NCBI GenBank assembly: GCA_023665725.1
Contig: JAMPDH010000003.1
Coordinates: 5,484 to 69,483 of the forward strand
Reading direction: 5' to 3'
DNA length: 64,000 nucleotides
Source: Clostridium sp.
GTDB lineage: Bacteria > Bacillota_I > Bacilli_A > RF39 > UBA660
How positions within the stretch are numbered: position 1 is the stretch's first letter; each line of letters opens with the position of its first letter. Below are positions 39,609 to 49,303 of this stretch, piece after piece. The notes under the pieces were generated by a model. It was not told the origin of the DNA. It did not search any database and worked only from the letters and a program-made list of their open reading frames with translations. The position numbers were made by a program, and so were the translations under genes.

Positions 39609-40011
39609 CTATTTTTTTATGGTATATATTATCAAGCGCTGCATTTATCATGTTTTTAACTTTTTCATCACTATAAATTTTAGCAAGTTCCACTGCTTCA
39701 TTTATTGCAACTATATCCGGGGTATCTACATATACCAGTTCATATATACCCATTTTTAGTATTGCTTGATCTGTAAAACCTAATCTATCTATTGTCCAAT
39801 CTTTTAGGTTTTCATTTGCTAAAGTTTCTAACTTATCATTATAAGTTATAACACCATATACAATATCTTTTACAAAGTCATTATCTATTTCTAAAACCTT
39901 TTTAAATATATCATCTAAATTGTATTCGATTTTATTTTTATTATATATTTGTATTTGATATAATATAGTCATTATTTTAACTCTTAATTCGCTTCTAGTT
40001 AATTGCCCCAT
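39601..40011 (-). CDS. nusB: Transcription antitermination factor NusB.
   Basis: 136 aa, TRSELRVKIMTILYQ ... AINEAVELAKIYSDEK; overlaps the xseA start, which fits the nusB-xseA operon. Confidence 0.85.
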   Translation of the reverse strand: MGQLTRSELRVKIMTILYQIQIYNKNKIEYNLDDIFKKVLEIDNDFVKDIVYGVITYNDKLETLANENLKDWTIDRLGFTDQAILKMGIYELVYVDTPDIVAINEAVELAKIYSDEKVKNMINAALDNIYHKKIGE

Positions 40012-40089
40012 ATGTACTCACCTATTTAATTTTACCAAATTAATAAAACAAAATCTATAGTAAATCACGAATTATATTTTTTATTTAAT

Positions 40090-40112
40090 ACAAAAAAGCG
40101 ATAAAATCGCTT
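40090..40112 (-). terminator. Intrinsic terminator after the MacB-like gene.
   Basis: aagcgat-aaa-atcgctt stem with a U-run on the minus strand. Confidence 0.6.
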
Positions 40113-42663
40113 ATTCTGTTCTAAGTGCTACAACTGGATCCTTTTTACTTGCAAGTTTTGCAGGTATAAATCCAGCTATTACCGTTAATAAAACACTTAT
40201 TATAATTAAAATAATTGCCCCACCAATTGGAAGTTGCGCTAAGTTACTAATATTAACAACACTTTTAATTATCATATTTGCAGGTATTATTATAATAATA
40301 GTAACTAAAATTCCAAATACTCCAGCAATTAGGCCTTCAATTAATGTTTCAGCATTAAATACTCTAGAAATATCTTTTTTACTAGCGCCTATTGCTCTTA
40401 AAATTCCTATTTCTTTAGTTCTTTCAATTACTGAAATATAAGTAATAATTGCTATCATTATAGAAGATACTATTAAGCTTATTGCAACAAATGCAATTAA
40501 TACAGCACTTATTACATCTACAATAGTTGAAACAGAACTCATCATTATACCAACTAAATCTGTATAATTAATCTTTTCTTCTTCTGATTTGTCTTTATTA
40601 TATCCTTCAATTATTTTAACTATTTCATCCTTAGAATCAAAATCCTTAGGGTAAAGTGATATAGTACTTGGTTCTTCTAAAGAAACAATTCCTAATTTAA
40701 TTAAATTATCTTCATAGGTAGCTGACATATTTTCTTTATAGGAATTTATAAATTCAGTTAATTCTACTTGTGATAAACCTTGAATATACATAAGTTGTTC
40801 TTTTGAAAGATTATTCATATCAAATGTATTATTATCAGAAAATTCTAATCCAGTAAATACATTTATATCTTTATTTTCTAATTGTTTTTTGGCTATTTCT
40901 GAACTATTAATTTCATTAATTAAATATTCAACTAAATCATGTCTATATCCAACCATTCCCGCACTACTTGTTCCAACAACCGCTTCTTCGTTTGGCTTCA
41001 TAATACCTACAATTTCTATTTCTAAAGCATCTTCTAATTTTTCTTTTATATATTCTTTATCATCACTCATATCAACCCATATATTATTTTGTTTTTTATA
41101 ATAATCTGTATTTAATAAAAGTTTAAACTTCATTCCTATCAAATCTTTTGTATCATATGAGTTTTCAGTAAAACTAACATCTTTACCATTAATCATATTA
41201 GAAAATTGTTTCTTTAAATCATCTTGACTAAGTATTCCTAAACTATATAATGTATAATCTGTAATTTGATTGTTTTTATCTACTTGTAATATTACTTCAT
41301 TATATTTTTCAGGCCATCTTCCATCTACCAAATCAAATTGTTGTTTATTAAGTTCTTGATTATCTAATAATTCATAGAATACATCATAATTACTCATCAT
41401 TGTCCCATATGCAGATGAAATTCCTGAAGTATTTATTCCAAGAGCATCAAATATTGTAGTTGGATTTACTCTTACAATATCTTCGCTATTTTTATAAAGA
41501 TTTAATGTAACATCATAAGAATATTGAATATTTGAAGTATAATCTTTTATATTTGTTTTATCACTTTCTATATATTCTTTAAATGATTTTAAATCATTTT
41601 TTTGCATTTTTTGTGTCATTGTTGTAAACATATCACCCATTATATTTACTGCATGGATTTTATTATCATTATATTCTTTGTCCTCATTATTCGATGCAAG
41701 TGTTGTGATAAAAGATGCCATATCAATTGATTCTTTTTGTATAGTTAAAGGATAGGAACTTAAAGTTTCTTCTTCTGTTTTATTAATATATTTTTGTATA
41801 CCATTTGAAAGTGATAAAATAAGTGCGATACCAATTATTCCTATACTTCCTGCAAAAGCTGTAAGAATAGTTCTGCCTTTTTTTGTTAATAAATTATTTA
41901 GACTTAATGATAAAGCTGTCAAATAATTCATAGAAGTTTTTTTACTTTTTTTAGATTTTTCCTCTTTTTTTTCTTCTTTTTCACCCTTATATGGATTTGA
42001 ATCATCTACTATTTTACCATCTAATAATTTTATTATTCTAGTAGAATAAGTATTAGCTAGTTCTGGATTATGAGTTACCATAATAACTAATTTTTCTTTA
42101 GCAATTTCTTTTAATAAATCCATTATTTGAACACTTGTTTCTGAATCAAGTGCTCCTGTTGGTTCATCTGCAAGTAAAATATCAGGATCATTTACTAAAG
42201 CACGCGCTATTGCTATTCTTTGCATTTGTCCACCAGACATTTGGTTAGGTTTTTTATTTATGTGTTTTTCTAGCCCGACTTTTTTTAATACCGCTATACT
42301 TCTTTTTCTTCTTTCTTCTTTATCTATACCAGATAAGGTTAAAGCAAGTTCTACATTTTGTAAAGCGGTTTGATGTGGTATTAAGTTGTAACTTTGAAAA
42401 ACAAATCCTACTCTATGATTTCTATATGTGTCCCATGCACGATCATTATATTTTTTAGTAGATATTCCATTAATAACTAAATCACCTGTTGTATACTTAT
42501 CAAGACCTCCTATTATATTTAAAAGTGTAGTTTTTCCAGAACCACTTTGTCCTAAAATTGAAACAAATTCACTTTTTCTAAAACTTACGCTTATATCATT
42601 TAAAGCATTCTGTTTTAACCCAGCAACTTCATATATTTTAGTTATTTTTTTTAGTTCTAACAT
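40111..42663 (-). CDS. Fused ABC transporter: ATP-binding domain plus MacB/FtsX-type permease with a large extracytoplasmic domain.
   Basis: GGAGG RBS before the ATG at 42663. Walker A GQSGSGKTT, signature LSGGQMQRIAIARAL and Walker B ILLADEPTGALD. Four TM segments. The C-terminal FtsX region is RAIGASKKDI. Confidence 0.8.
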   Translation of the reverse strand: MLELKKITKIYEVAGLKQNALNDISVSFRKSEFVSILGQSGSGKTTLLNIIGGLDKYTTGDLVINGISTKKYNDRAWDTYRNHRVGFVFQSYNLIPHQTALQNVELALTLSGIDKEERRKRSIAVLKKVGLEKHINKKPNQMSGGQMQRIAIARALVNDPDILLADEPTGALDSETSVQIMDLLKEIAKEKLVIMVTHNPELANTYSTRIIKLLDGKIVDDSNPYKGEKEEKKEEKSKKSKKTSMNYLTALSLSLNNLLTKKGRTILTAFAGSIGIIGIALILSLSNGIQKYINKTEEETLSSYPLTIQKESIDMASFITTLASNNEDKEYNDNKIHAVNIMGDMFTTMTQKMQKNDLKSFKEYIESDKTNIKDYTSNIQYSYDVTLNLYKNSEDIVRVNPTTIFDALGINTSGISSAYGTMMSNYDVFYELLDNQELNKQQFDLVDGRWPEKYNEVILQVDKNNQITDYTLYSLGILSQDDLKKQFSNMINGKDVSFTENSYDTKDLIGMKFKLLLNTDYYKKQNNIWVDMSDDKEYIKEKLEDALEIEIVGIMKPNEEAVVGTSSAGMVGYRHDLVEYLINEINSSEIAKKQLENKDINVFTGLEFSDNNTFDMNNLSKEQLMYIQGLSQVELTEFINSYKENMSATYEDNLIKLGIVSLEEPSTISLYPKDFDSKDEIVKIIEGYNKDKSEEEKINYTDLVGIMMSSVSTIVDVISAVLIAFVAISLIVSSIMIAIITYISVIERTKEIGILRAIGASKKDISRVFNAETLIEGLIAGVFGILVTIIIIIPANMIIKSVVNISNLAQLPIGGAIILIIISVLLTVIAGFIPAKLASKKDPVVALRTE

Positions 42664-42802
42664 TATTTCCTCCTTATAAATTAAGATAATGTAATTAGTA
42701 TACCATTTAAGAATATTTTTAGTCAATGTCATTAATTACAATTTAAGTTGAAAAATTTGTGAAATTTATTATATTTAAAATAAAAAGATATAAATTTTCA
42801 TA

Positions 42803-44410
42803 TCAATTTTTTATATCTCTCTTTTTATATATAATATTAGTTATTATAATTATTATAATAGTAAATATTATTGAAGTTATTATTGAAGTCATTAAATCCA
42901 AATTACAATATATATCTTTATTAATAAATAAATTATACATAGGGTTATTTAATATATAATTGCTATAATTTATAAATGTTAATGGAATATAATTAAATAC
43001 TTTACTTATCGGATCAATTGCAATAACTGGCAAAAATGTTGAGAGTAAAACTATTATTAAAGTGATTCCTGAAGTAAGCGCAACATTTAAGGATATACTT
43101 GATATAAAAAATAGTATTGCAAGAACAAATATTATAAATATAAAATGTATTCCCATATTTTTTATTACAAATAATAAATAATTAGTGGTTGTAATACTTC
43201 CTTCTTCTATTATAAGTTGTGGTATAGATAAACTATCTCCATTACCTGTTATAAACATAATTACAATAAATATTAATAATGAAATTATATATAAAATTAA
43301 TGCATTTAGTATTATATAAATAAATTTAGATAGTAATACTTTACCTCTTTTAAATGGGTTTGATAAAACCAATCTAATACTTCCTGTATTATGTTCCTTA
43401 GCAACTATCCCACTAAATAATACTATACATATTATAACTACTACTATACCCGTATAATAAATATTATTAAAACAAATTCTAATATCATATTCATTATGAA
43501 AACTTGCAAAAGAAGAAGAATCTACGAGTGGTCTTATATTATTTTCTAAGCACTCTTTATATAATAAATATTCTTGTTTTCTATCTTTAAAAGTCCCTAA
43601 TAAATAACTATTTACCAAGTCTTCATAATTATTATACTGTGAATAATGTTCTCTACTATTATTAAATTCTTCTAAAGTTGGAATTGGAAATAGTAGGTTA
43701 GATACTAATCTTTCACTATTTAAAACTACAATATACTGCCAGTTATTGGTAGTAACTTTATTATCTATAATATATTGTGATAAATAAATTTTTTGTTCAA
43801 AATAATATTTTTTATTTTCTAAATTATAATCCTTTTCTTTAGTATTTTCTAATAATTTATTTATATTATTTAATTCACTTTTATACTGTTTTAAATAAAA
43901 TTCTTCTATCTCATAAACATTACCACTTATTATTACTTCTAATATTTTATCATATTGCTCTTTTAATATTTGATATTCTCTCTTTATATTATCTAAATCA
44001 TTAGTTTCCCTATAACCATCTATAATTAGTTCATGTTCTACTAATTCATTAATTATATTTTTTGCTTTATCGTATAAATCTCCCATGTTTGATTTATCAC
44101 TAGTATAGTTATTATCATACATTAATTTATCAAGTTCTATTTGTTTTTGTTTTTTTATTAAATTAATATAAACTTCTTCTGTATTAGATTCTTTTAGTAA
44201 ATCTTTATACTTATTATAAAGTATTTCGTCTTCTTCAATACTTTCTTTTGTTATATGCCATTCGTGTTTTGACATTGAATTAAATGTTAGTTCTGGTAAT
44301 TTAAATATAACTATGGAACTTATGATTAAAATAGATAAAGTTATAATAATATTTTTTAAGTTTGTATTTTTAATAAATTCTGTTTTTAATAATCTTAAAA
44401 ATTCTTTCAT
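42803..44410 (-). CDS. ABC-2-type transporter permease (1 N-terminal TM, a roughly 300-aa extracytoplasmic domain, 5 C-terminal TM). Paralog 2.
   Basis: GGAGGA RBS. Near-identical N-terminus (MKEFLRLLKTEFIKNT) and C-terminal TM block to 44431..45987. It lies downstream of the ABC ATPase. Confidence 0.6.
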   Translation of the reverse strand: MKEFLRLLKTEFIKNTNLKNIIITLSILIISSIVIFKLPELTFNSMSKHEWHITKESIEEDEILYNKYKDLLKESNTEEVYINLIKKQKQIELDKLMYDNNYTSDKSNMGDLYDKAKNIINELVEHELIIDGYRETNDLDNIKREYQILKEQYDKILEVIISGNVYEIEEFYLKQYKSELNNINKLLENTKEKDYNLENKKYYFEQKIYLSQYIIDNKVTTNNWQYIVVLNSERLVSNLLFPIPTLEEFNNSREHYSQYNNYEDLVNSYLLGTFKDRKQEYLLYKECLENNIRPLVDSSSFASFHNEYDIRICFNNIYYTGIVVVIICIVLFSGIVAKEHNTGSIRLVLSNPFKRGKVLLSKFIYIILNALILYIISLLIFIVIMFITGNGDSLSIPQLIIEEGSITTTNYLLFVIKNMGIHFIFIIFVLAILFFISSISLNVALTSGITLIIVLLSTFLPVIAIDPISKVFNYIPLTFINYSNYILNNPMYNLFINKDIYCNLDLMTSIITSIIFTIIIIIITNIIYKKRDIKN

Positions 44411-44430
44411 TATCTTCCTCCATAACTATA

Positions 44431-45987
44431 TTAATTTTTAATATCTCTCTTATAGATTAAATTATTTAATATAAATAAAACTACTATAAATATGATAGAA
44501 ATAACTATAGAAATATTTATATCTAAATCAGAATATATATTTATTATACCTTCATCATTTGATAAGTTTGTAAGTTTATATAAAGGGCTACTGGATAGAT
44601 AAGATGCATAATTAATATATGTAAATGGAATAAAATTAAATATATACATTAAAGTTTGCTTAATTAAAATAGGTAAAAATGAAAATACTATTGTTGTAAT
44701 TAAAGAGATTGAAACAGTAAAACCTGTATTTAATGAAACTGTAGATATGAAAAATAAAAGTGTTAGGATAAGTGTTATAAATATAAAATGTATACCCATA
44801 TTTTTAATTATAAATAATAAATAATTAGTTTGTGTTACATTACTTTCTTCTATTATAAGCTGTGGTATTGATAAGCTATCTCCATTACCTGTTATAAACA
44901 TTATTGCTAAAAATATTAATAATGAAATTATATATAATATTAATGCATTTAGTATTATATAAACAAATTTAGAAAGTAATACTTTACTTCTTTTAAATGG
45001 GTTTGCTAAAAGTAATCTAATACTTCCTGTATTATGTTCTTTAGCAACCACTCCGCTAAATAATATTGTACATATTATAATTACTATTATACCCATATAA
45101 TAAATATTACTAAAACCAATTCTAATATCATATTTATTATAATATTCATCTTTTATAATTGGTTTTATATCTTGTTTTAATATATTTTTATATAATTCTA
45201 TTTTAGATTTTTCTATATTAATATGTTTTAATTTATCATCAACATATTCCTCATAACTATCATAATTAATATATTCTAATCTTTGTTCATTAAAAGTATC
45301 TTCATTAACAAAGTAATTATTATAATTTAAAATAACTAATAAACTTGTCTTATAATGATAAATTATATAATTTTTCCAATTATCTTCTAAAGTGATTTTA
45401 TTATCAATTATATAATTTGATAATTTAATATTTTCTTCATAATAGTATTTATTTATTTTATCTTGAATACTATCTCCTAAAGTACTTAATTCTTTTTTAT
45501 AATTCTTTATATTAAACTCTTCTAATTTAGTAAGATCTTTAGTCATTAAAGTATCAACTAAAATATCATATTCTTGATTTAATTCTTTACAATCATTATT
45601 TTCTTTTTCGCAAAGTACGAATTGTTCTGTTAAATTATTTATATTGCTATATATATTTCTACTTAAAAAACCTTCTACTTTAACATTATTACTATATAAA
45701 GTTTCTTCTAATTTTAAATTTTTTTCTTTTATTTTTAATTCTAATTCTGTTTCATAATTTTGATTTTCATTAAAATTATTTAATGCATTTTCATATTCCT
45801 GTTTTTTTAAATCAACTGATAAAGTATCTATATTTATATTTAGACTATCACTTGTAGGATTTACTGTTTTTGATATTTTAAATATAATTAAACTTGATAA
45901 AATAAGTGTTATAAGGGTTACTATAACTCTTTTTATAGTGGTATTTTTAATAAATTCTATTTTTATTAGCCTTAAAAACTCTTTCAT
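44431..45987 (-). CDS. ABC-2-type transporter permease, paralog 1.
   Basis: Same architecture as 42803..44410. The conserved block AKEHNTGSIRLLLANPFKRSKVLLSKF is present. Confidence 0.6.
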   Translation of the reverse strand: MKEFLRLIKIEFIKNTTIKRVIVTLITLILSSLIIFKISKTVNPTSDSLNINIDTLSVDLKKQEYENALNNFNENQNYETELELKIKEKNLKLEETLYSNNVKVEGFLSRNIYSNINNLTEQFVLCEKENNDCKELNQEYDILVDTLMTKDLTKLEEFNIKNYKKELSTLGDSIQDKINKYYYEENIKLSNYIIDNKITLEDNWKNYIIYHYKTSLLVILNYNNYFVNEDTFNEQRLEYINYDSYEEYVDDKLKHINIEKSKIELYKNILKQDIKPIIKDEYYNKYDIRIGFSNIYYMGIIVIIICTILFSGVVAKEHNTGSIRLLLANPFKRSKVLLSKFVYIILNALILYIISLLIFLAIMFITGNGDSLSIPQLIIEESNVTQTNYLLFIIKNMGIHFIFITLILTLLFFISTVSLNTGFTVSISLITTIVFSFLPILIKQTLMYIFNFIPFTYINYASYLSSSPLYKLTNLSNDEGIINIYSDLDINISIVISIIFIVVLFILNNLIYKRDIKN

Positions 45988-45989
45988 AA

Positions 45990-46715
45990 CTATCTTATTT
46001 GTCCCTTACTATTTTCGAGCATACTTATAAATTTATCTTCTAATGAAATATTTTCATTTTCAAGTTCATTCTTAGTAATTTCACATAACAAATTACCATC
46101 ATTTAACATTATAAATTTATCACATATTTTTTCTATTTCAGATAATATATGACTTGAAATAATTATAGTCATACCACTTTCTTTAAGTTCTAAAATTAAT
46201 TCTCTAAGTTCTCTTATTCCAATTGGATCTAGTCCATTAGTAGGTTCATCTAAAATAAGTATTTTTGGTTTATTTATTAATGCTTGTATTATTCCAAGTC
46301 TTTGTCTCATCCCAAGAGAATAGGTTTTAATCTTATCATCTATTCTATTTTTTAATTTTAATTTTTTTACTAATTCATCCTTATATTCTTTATCATCAAC
46401 ATTTTTAATTAAAGAATAAATTTTTAAATTTTTACTTCCAGATAAATCCATATACATATCAGGATTTTCTATTATACATCCAATATTTTTTATTGCTTCA
46501 TTATGTTCGTATCTTATAGATTTACCACATATTTTAATATCGCCTAGTGTTATACTATAAAGACCTAACATTGTTTTTATTAATGTACTTTTACCTGCTC
46601 CATTTGGACCAACTATTCCTACGATTTCTCCTTCATTTATACAAAAAGAAAGATTATTTAAAATAATCTTCTTTTTGATTACTTTAGTTAAATTATTTAC
46701 TTCAAGTACTTTCAT
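45990..46715 (-). CDS. ABC transporter ATP-binding protein.
   Basis: Walker A GPNGAGKST, signature LGMRQRLGIIQAL and Walker B ILILDEPTNGLD. Confidence 0.85.
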   Translation of the reverse strand: MKVLEVNNLTKVIKKKIILNNLSFCINEGEIVGIVGPNGAGKSTLIKTMLGLYSITLGDIKICGKSIRYEHNEAIKNIGCIIENPDMYMDLSGSKNLKIYSLIKNVDDKEYKDELVKKLKLKNRIDDKIKTYSLGMRQRLGIIQALINKPKILILDEPTNGLDPIGIRELRELILELKESGMTIIISSHILSEIEKICDKFIMLNDGNLLCEITKNELENENISLEDKFISMLENSKGQIR

Positions 46716-46726
46716 AATACCACTTC

Positions 46727-47263
46727 CTAATTTTCCAAACTATATCCACCGTATAATCTTGCATTATTACCTAAAAGTGCTCCATTATATGCCTTTATAC
46801 CAACATAATTTACACTTGAATTTACAACACAGTAATCCGCACTTGAATATCCACTTTTAACATCACAAACTACACAAACTGTAGCATCATCTCTACAAGG
46901 TGCATTTTTAGCTCTAAAATCTATTATCATAGGTATTGATTTTAAACTTATTGTTTTGGTTGCAAGAGTAACCTCAGATACACTTGATGTAAAACCTGCA
47001 ATCGCACTTAAATCAACTGTATCACCAGTAGTTCCTGGTTCAAGTCTAACTCTAATATATTTATAATTTCCATTTTGTCTTGCTGCTAAAATAGAATTTG
47101 AACTAAATGTTTTAATTGTCCAATCAAAATTATAACGAGTTGCACGTGGAGAAATAGTATTATCATTTAAAGTTAAATTAGATGTTTCCATAGCTTTTGC
47201 ATCATTAGTTCCTAGTAGTAAAAAACATATTGCAAATAAAAATATAGATAAATTTTTTTTCAT
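46727..47263 (-). CDS. Secreted Cys-containing protein of unknown function. First gene of the ABC operon.
   Basis: GAGAGG RBS. Sec signal peptide MKKNLSIFLFAICFLLLGTNDAKA. The mature protein is about 155 aa and has CRDD...CVVCDV...YCVV cysteines. Confidence 0.5.
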   Translation of the reverse strand: MKKNLSIFLFAICFLLLGTNDAKAMETSNLTLNDNTISPRATRYNFDWTIKTFSSNSILAARQNGNYKYIRVRLEPGTTGDTVDLSAIAGFTSSVSEVTLATKTISLKSIPMIIDFRAKNAPCRDDATVCVVCDVKSGYSSADYCVVNSSVNYVGIKAYNGALLGNNARLYGGYSLEN

Positions 47264-47415
47264 TTTTTCATTTCCTCTCATTCAATTAAAATATTAAAAA
47301 CTTACTACACTTCAACATACTACATAAAAACTTACTACAAATTTATTATTTAATTATATACCACCCCAATTCTAAATAAATCATAGGATGAGTACTGCTA
47401 ACATCTTCTAGGCTA

Positions 47416-47444
47416 ATTATATCAACTTGTAGTTAACTTGTCAA
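47416..47444 (-). promoter_or_regulatory. Consensus sigma-A promoter (TTGACA, 17 nt, TATAAT) driving the secreted-protein / ABC operon.
   Basis: Minus-strand reading gives TTGACAagttaactacaagttgaTATAAT, with exact consensus hexamers and 17-nt spacing. Confidence 0.65.
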
Positions 47445-47448
47445 TAAC

Positions 47449-47475
47449 AAAAAAACTAAGTTTTTAATAACTTAG
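47449..47475 (-). terminator. Intrinsic terminator after the OapA-like gene.
   Basis: cuaaguu-auuaaa-aacuuag followed by UUUUUUU on the minus strand. Confidence 0.6.
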
Positions 47476-47486
47476 CTAGCAATAAA

Positions 47487-48029
47487 CTATTTATTTTTTA
47501 CTTTATAAAAACAAGAAATAACTTTAGCAAAAACATATGTAATATCATTACTTTTTTTAATAGCAATTTCTTTTCCGATAGCTTTACCACCAATAGTTAA
47601 AGATGCAATTATTCCTGTTACAACTAAATTTATATATAATAAATTAATATTTAAAATATTAGATAAACTAGTTGCAATAACAATACCAGCAGAACCTGAT
47701 ATAATTCCACAAATATCTCCTACAACATCATTACAAAAAGATGATACTTTTGCAGCATTTTTCTTTAAAATAACAGCCACTGTAGCGCCTTTAACTTTTC
47801 TTGAATTCATAGAATGAATTGGTTTTTCATCACTTGCAGTAATAGCAACTCCTATCATATCAAAAATTACACCTAGTAAAATAAAGACTATTAAAATTAT
47901 AATCCCTATTATAACTCCTGTACTAGATAAAACTAGATCTGAAATAAAAGAAAAGGCAACTGATATAACAAAAGCTAAAAATATTATTTTTATTATCCAT
48001 ACAGTATTATTATTTTTCTTTTTTGCCAT
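47487..48029 (-). CDS. oapA: Small 4-TM membrane protein with a DxxxD motif. Candidate OapA (OLE-associated protein A).
   Basis: AGAGGTGGAG RBS. 180 aa (about 20 kDa) with four predicted TM helices and DVVGD in TM3. It lies immediately downstream of the 620-nt structured RNA. Confidence 0.45.
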   Translation of the reverse strand: MAKKKNNNTVWIIKIIFLAFVISVAFSFISDLVLSSTGVIIGIIILIVFILLGVIFDMIGVAITASDEKPIHSMNSRKVKGATVAVILKKNAAKVSSFCNDVVGDICGIISGSAGIVIATSLSNILNINLLYINLVVTGIIASLTIGGKAIGKEIAIKKSNDITYVFAKVISCFYKVKNK

Positions 48030-48054
48030 ACTCCACCTCTTAAATTTAAAAAAT

Positions 48055-48675
48055 AAAAAGGGTAATCCCTTTTATAAACTTCATTTGTTTGGCTATTAAT
48101 ATAGTTAACTTTACGCCTTAGGTCGAGTCGGATTTCCCCTATTCCTACAAGATGTTACCATACTTGCGGTTCCCCTTTAAAGGAATAGATATATAGTCAC
48201 CTATTATATTACTCGATTGCCACTTAGTACGTACTGCAATCCCATATTAATCTCACTCTAGGAGATTTCCTCCCCAACGATTTATTATTAATTCTTTTTT
48301 GCAGATATAATTTCAAAATGCGATTTTCAAATAATTCTAGCTATAAACTATTTAAAATTGTTCATTTATCCCAAATATCCACTCAAGACAAGCTACACTA
48401 TCCATAACTTGCGCCACAAGATAGGTTCAAGCCTAAGTCGTAATAAATCATATCAACTTTATAAGTTTAAGTATGTTTACCACAAGATTAGGTCTCCATG
48501 AGAAATGGGTCATTTAACGTATGCCATTACGTGTGCCCATAGCTCTACCTTTCAGCACCCACCCCAAACTGGGCGTAAGAAGCAAGCACCAAAAGTTTCA
48601 CAGATATGCTCTTTAACGGATTTTTAGCCCCGTCTTCCTAATAAATCAATTGACTAGAATAATGTGCCAATCAAT
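48055..48675 (-). ncRNA. ole: Large (about 620 nt) structured noncoding RNA. Candidate OLE (ornate large extremophilic) RNA.
   Basis: About 47% GC against a roughly 25% background. There is no ORF of 60 aa or more on either strand. A consensus promoter lies upstream and an intrinsic terminator (aaaggg-auua-cccuuu plus a U-run, 48054..48075) downstream. Many local hairpins are visible, for example ACGUA-AUGGCA-UACGU. RNase P and tmRNA signature motifs are not found. The size and the downstream 4-TM DxxxD protein fit ole-oapA. Confidence 0.5.
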
Positions 48676-48681
48676 AATTTC

Positions 48682-48710
48682 ATTATAGCATATTTACACT
48701 TTAATGTCAA
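48682..48710 (-). promoter_or_regulatory. Consensus sigma-A promoter (TTGACA, 17 nt, TATAAT) for the structured RNA.
   Basis: Minus-strand reading gives TTGACAttaaagtgtaaatatgcTATAAT, with a predicted TSS near 48675. Confidence 0.65.
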
Positions 48711-48778
48711 ATTTGCTAAAAAAATAAATAAAACTATTTACTTTTACTATATTATATGCTTACGTTATTTTTATATAA

Positions 48779-49174
48779 TTATTTTAATTTTAAGTTTAAC
48801 ATCTTTCTTAATTGTTCTACATTATCAAATTTTGTATCCTTACAAGCAGTATGTAATTTTTTTATCATTACTGCTAAACTTATAACTACTACTAAAAAAG
48901 ATAATATTATAAGTCCTGCGCCAAAAGCTTTAATATCTACACTCATTAAATATATTCCAAATAATAATAATATAAATCCTATTAATACTATAGTTATAAT
49001 AGTTGTTTTATCTTTAGAATTATTTTCTAAATAAGTTATTTTTTGTTTTAAATACTCTATTTGTTCTTGTTTTGAAATATTCATTTCTTCCATAGAATCT
49101 ATAATATTATTATATACTATTTCATTTTTATTTTTTTCTGTTCCATTTATATTTACCTTTAAATCCATAACCAT
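48779..49174 (-). CDS. Hypothetical protein: N-terminal coiled coil plus two C-terminal TM segments.
   Basis: 131-aa ORF. No family motif. Confidence 0.4.
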   Translation of the reverse strand: MVMDLKVNINGTEKNKNEIVYNNIIDSMEEMNISKQEQIEYLKQKITYLENNSKDKTTIITIVLIGFILLLFGIYLMSVDIKAFGAGLIILSFLVVVISLAVMIKKLHTACKDTKFDNVEQLRKMLNLKLK

Positions 49175-49303
49175 TACCCTCCATAATAAGTATATAATAA
49201 AATGATATATGAAATCAAGAAAAAAATATATCTTTTAGCAAATATATTTATTAGATAAAAATCAATGGCTAATTTGCAATAAACTGAAAATTAGCCATAA
49301 TAT

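Larger units (their letters stand above)
42803..45987 (-). repeat. Tandem gene duplication: two paralogous permease genes with long stretches of near-identical DNA.
   Basis: Near-identical nucleotide stretches appear in both copies, for example around 43290-43450 and 44900-45080. Confidence 0.7.

Noticed and set aside
42759-42959. 66-aa plus-strand ORF with an Ile-rich product.
   Set aside because: It overlaps the 3' end of the permease gene antisense. The Ile-rich translation mirrors the permease TM helices.
48055-48675. Interpretation of the structured RNA as RNase P RNA, tmRNA, SRP RNA or a group II intron.
   Set aside because: The RNase P P4 motifs (GGAAAGUCC / ACAGAA...GCUUA), the tmRNA tag-reading frame and tRNA-like 3' end, and the SRP domain IV motif were not found. 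The length (about 620 nt) is too long for those and too short for an ORF-containing intron. The OLE-like interpretation fits the size and context better.
48664-49034. Two plus-strand ORFs (73 and 92 aa) near the ncRNA promoter.
   Set aside because: They overlap the minus-strand promoter and the 48779..49174 gene antisense. The translations are Ile/Leu/Tyr-rich with no motif.
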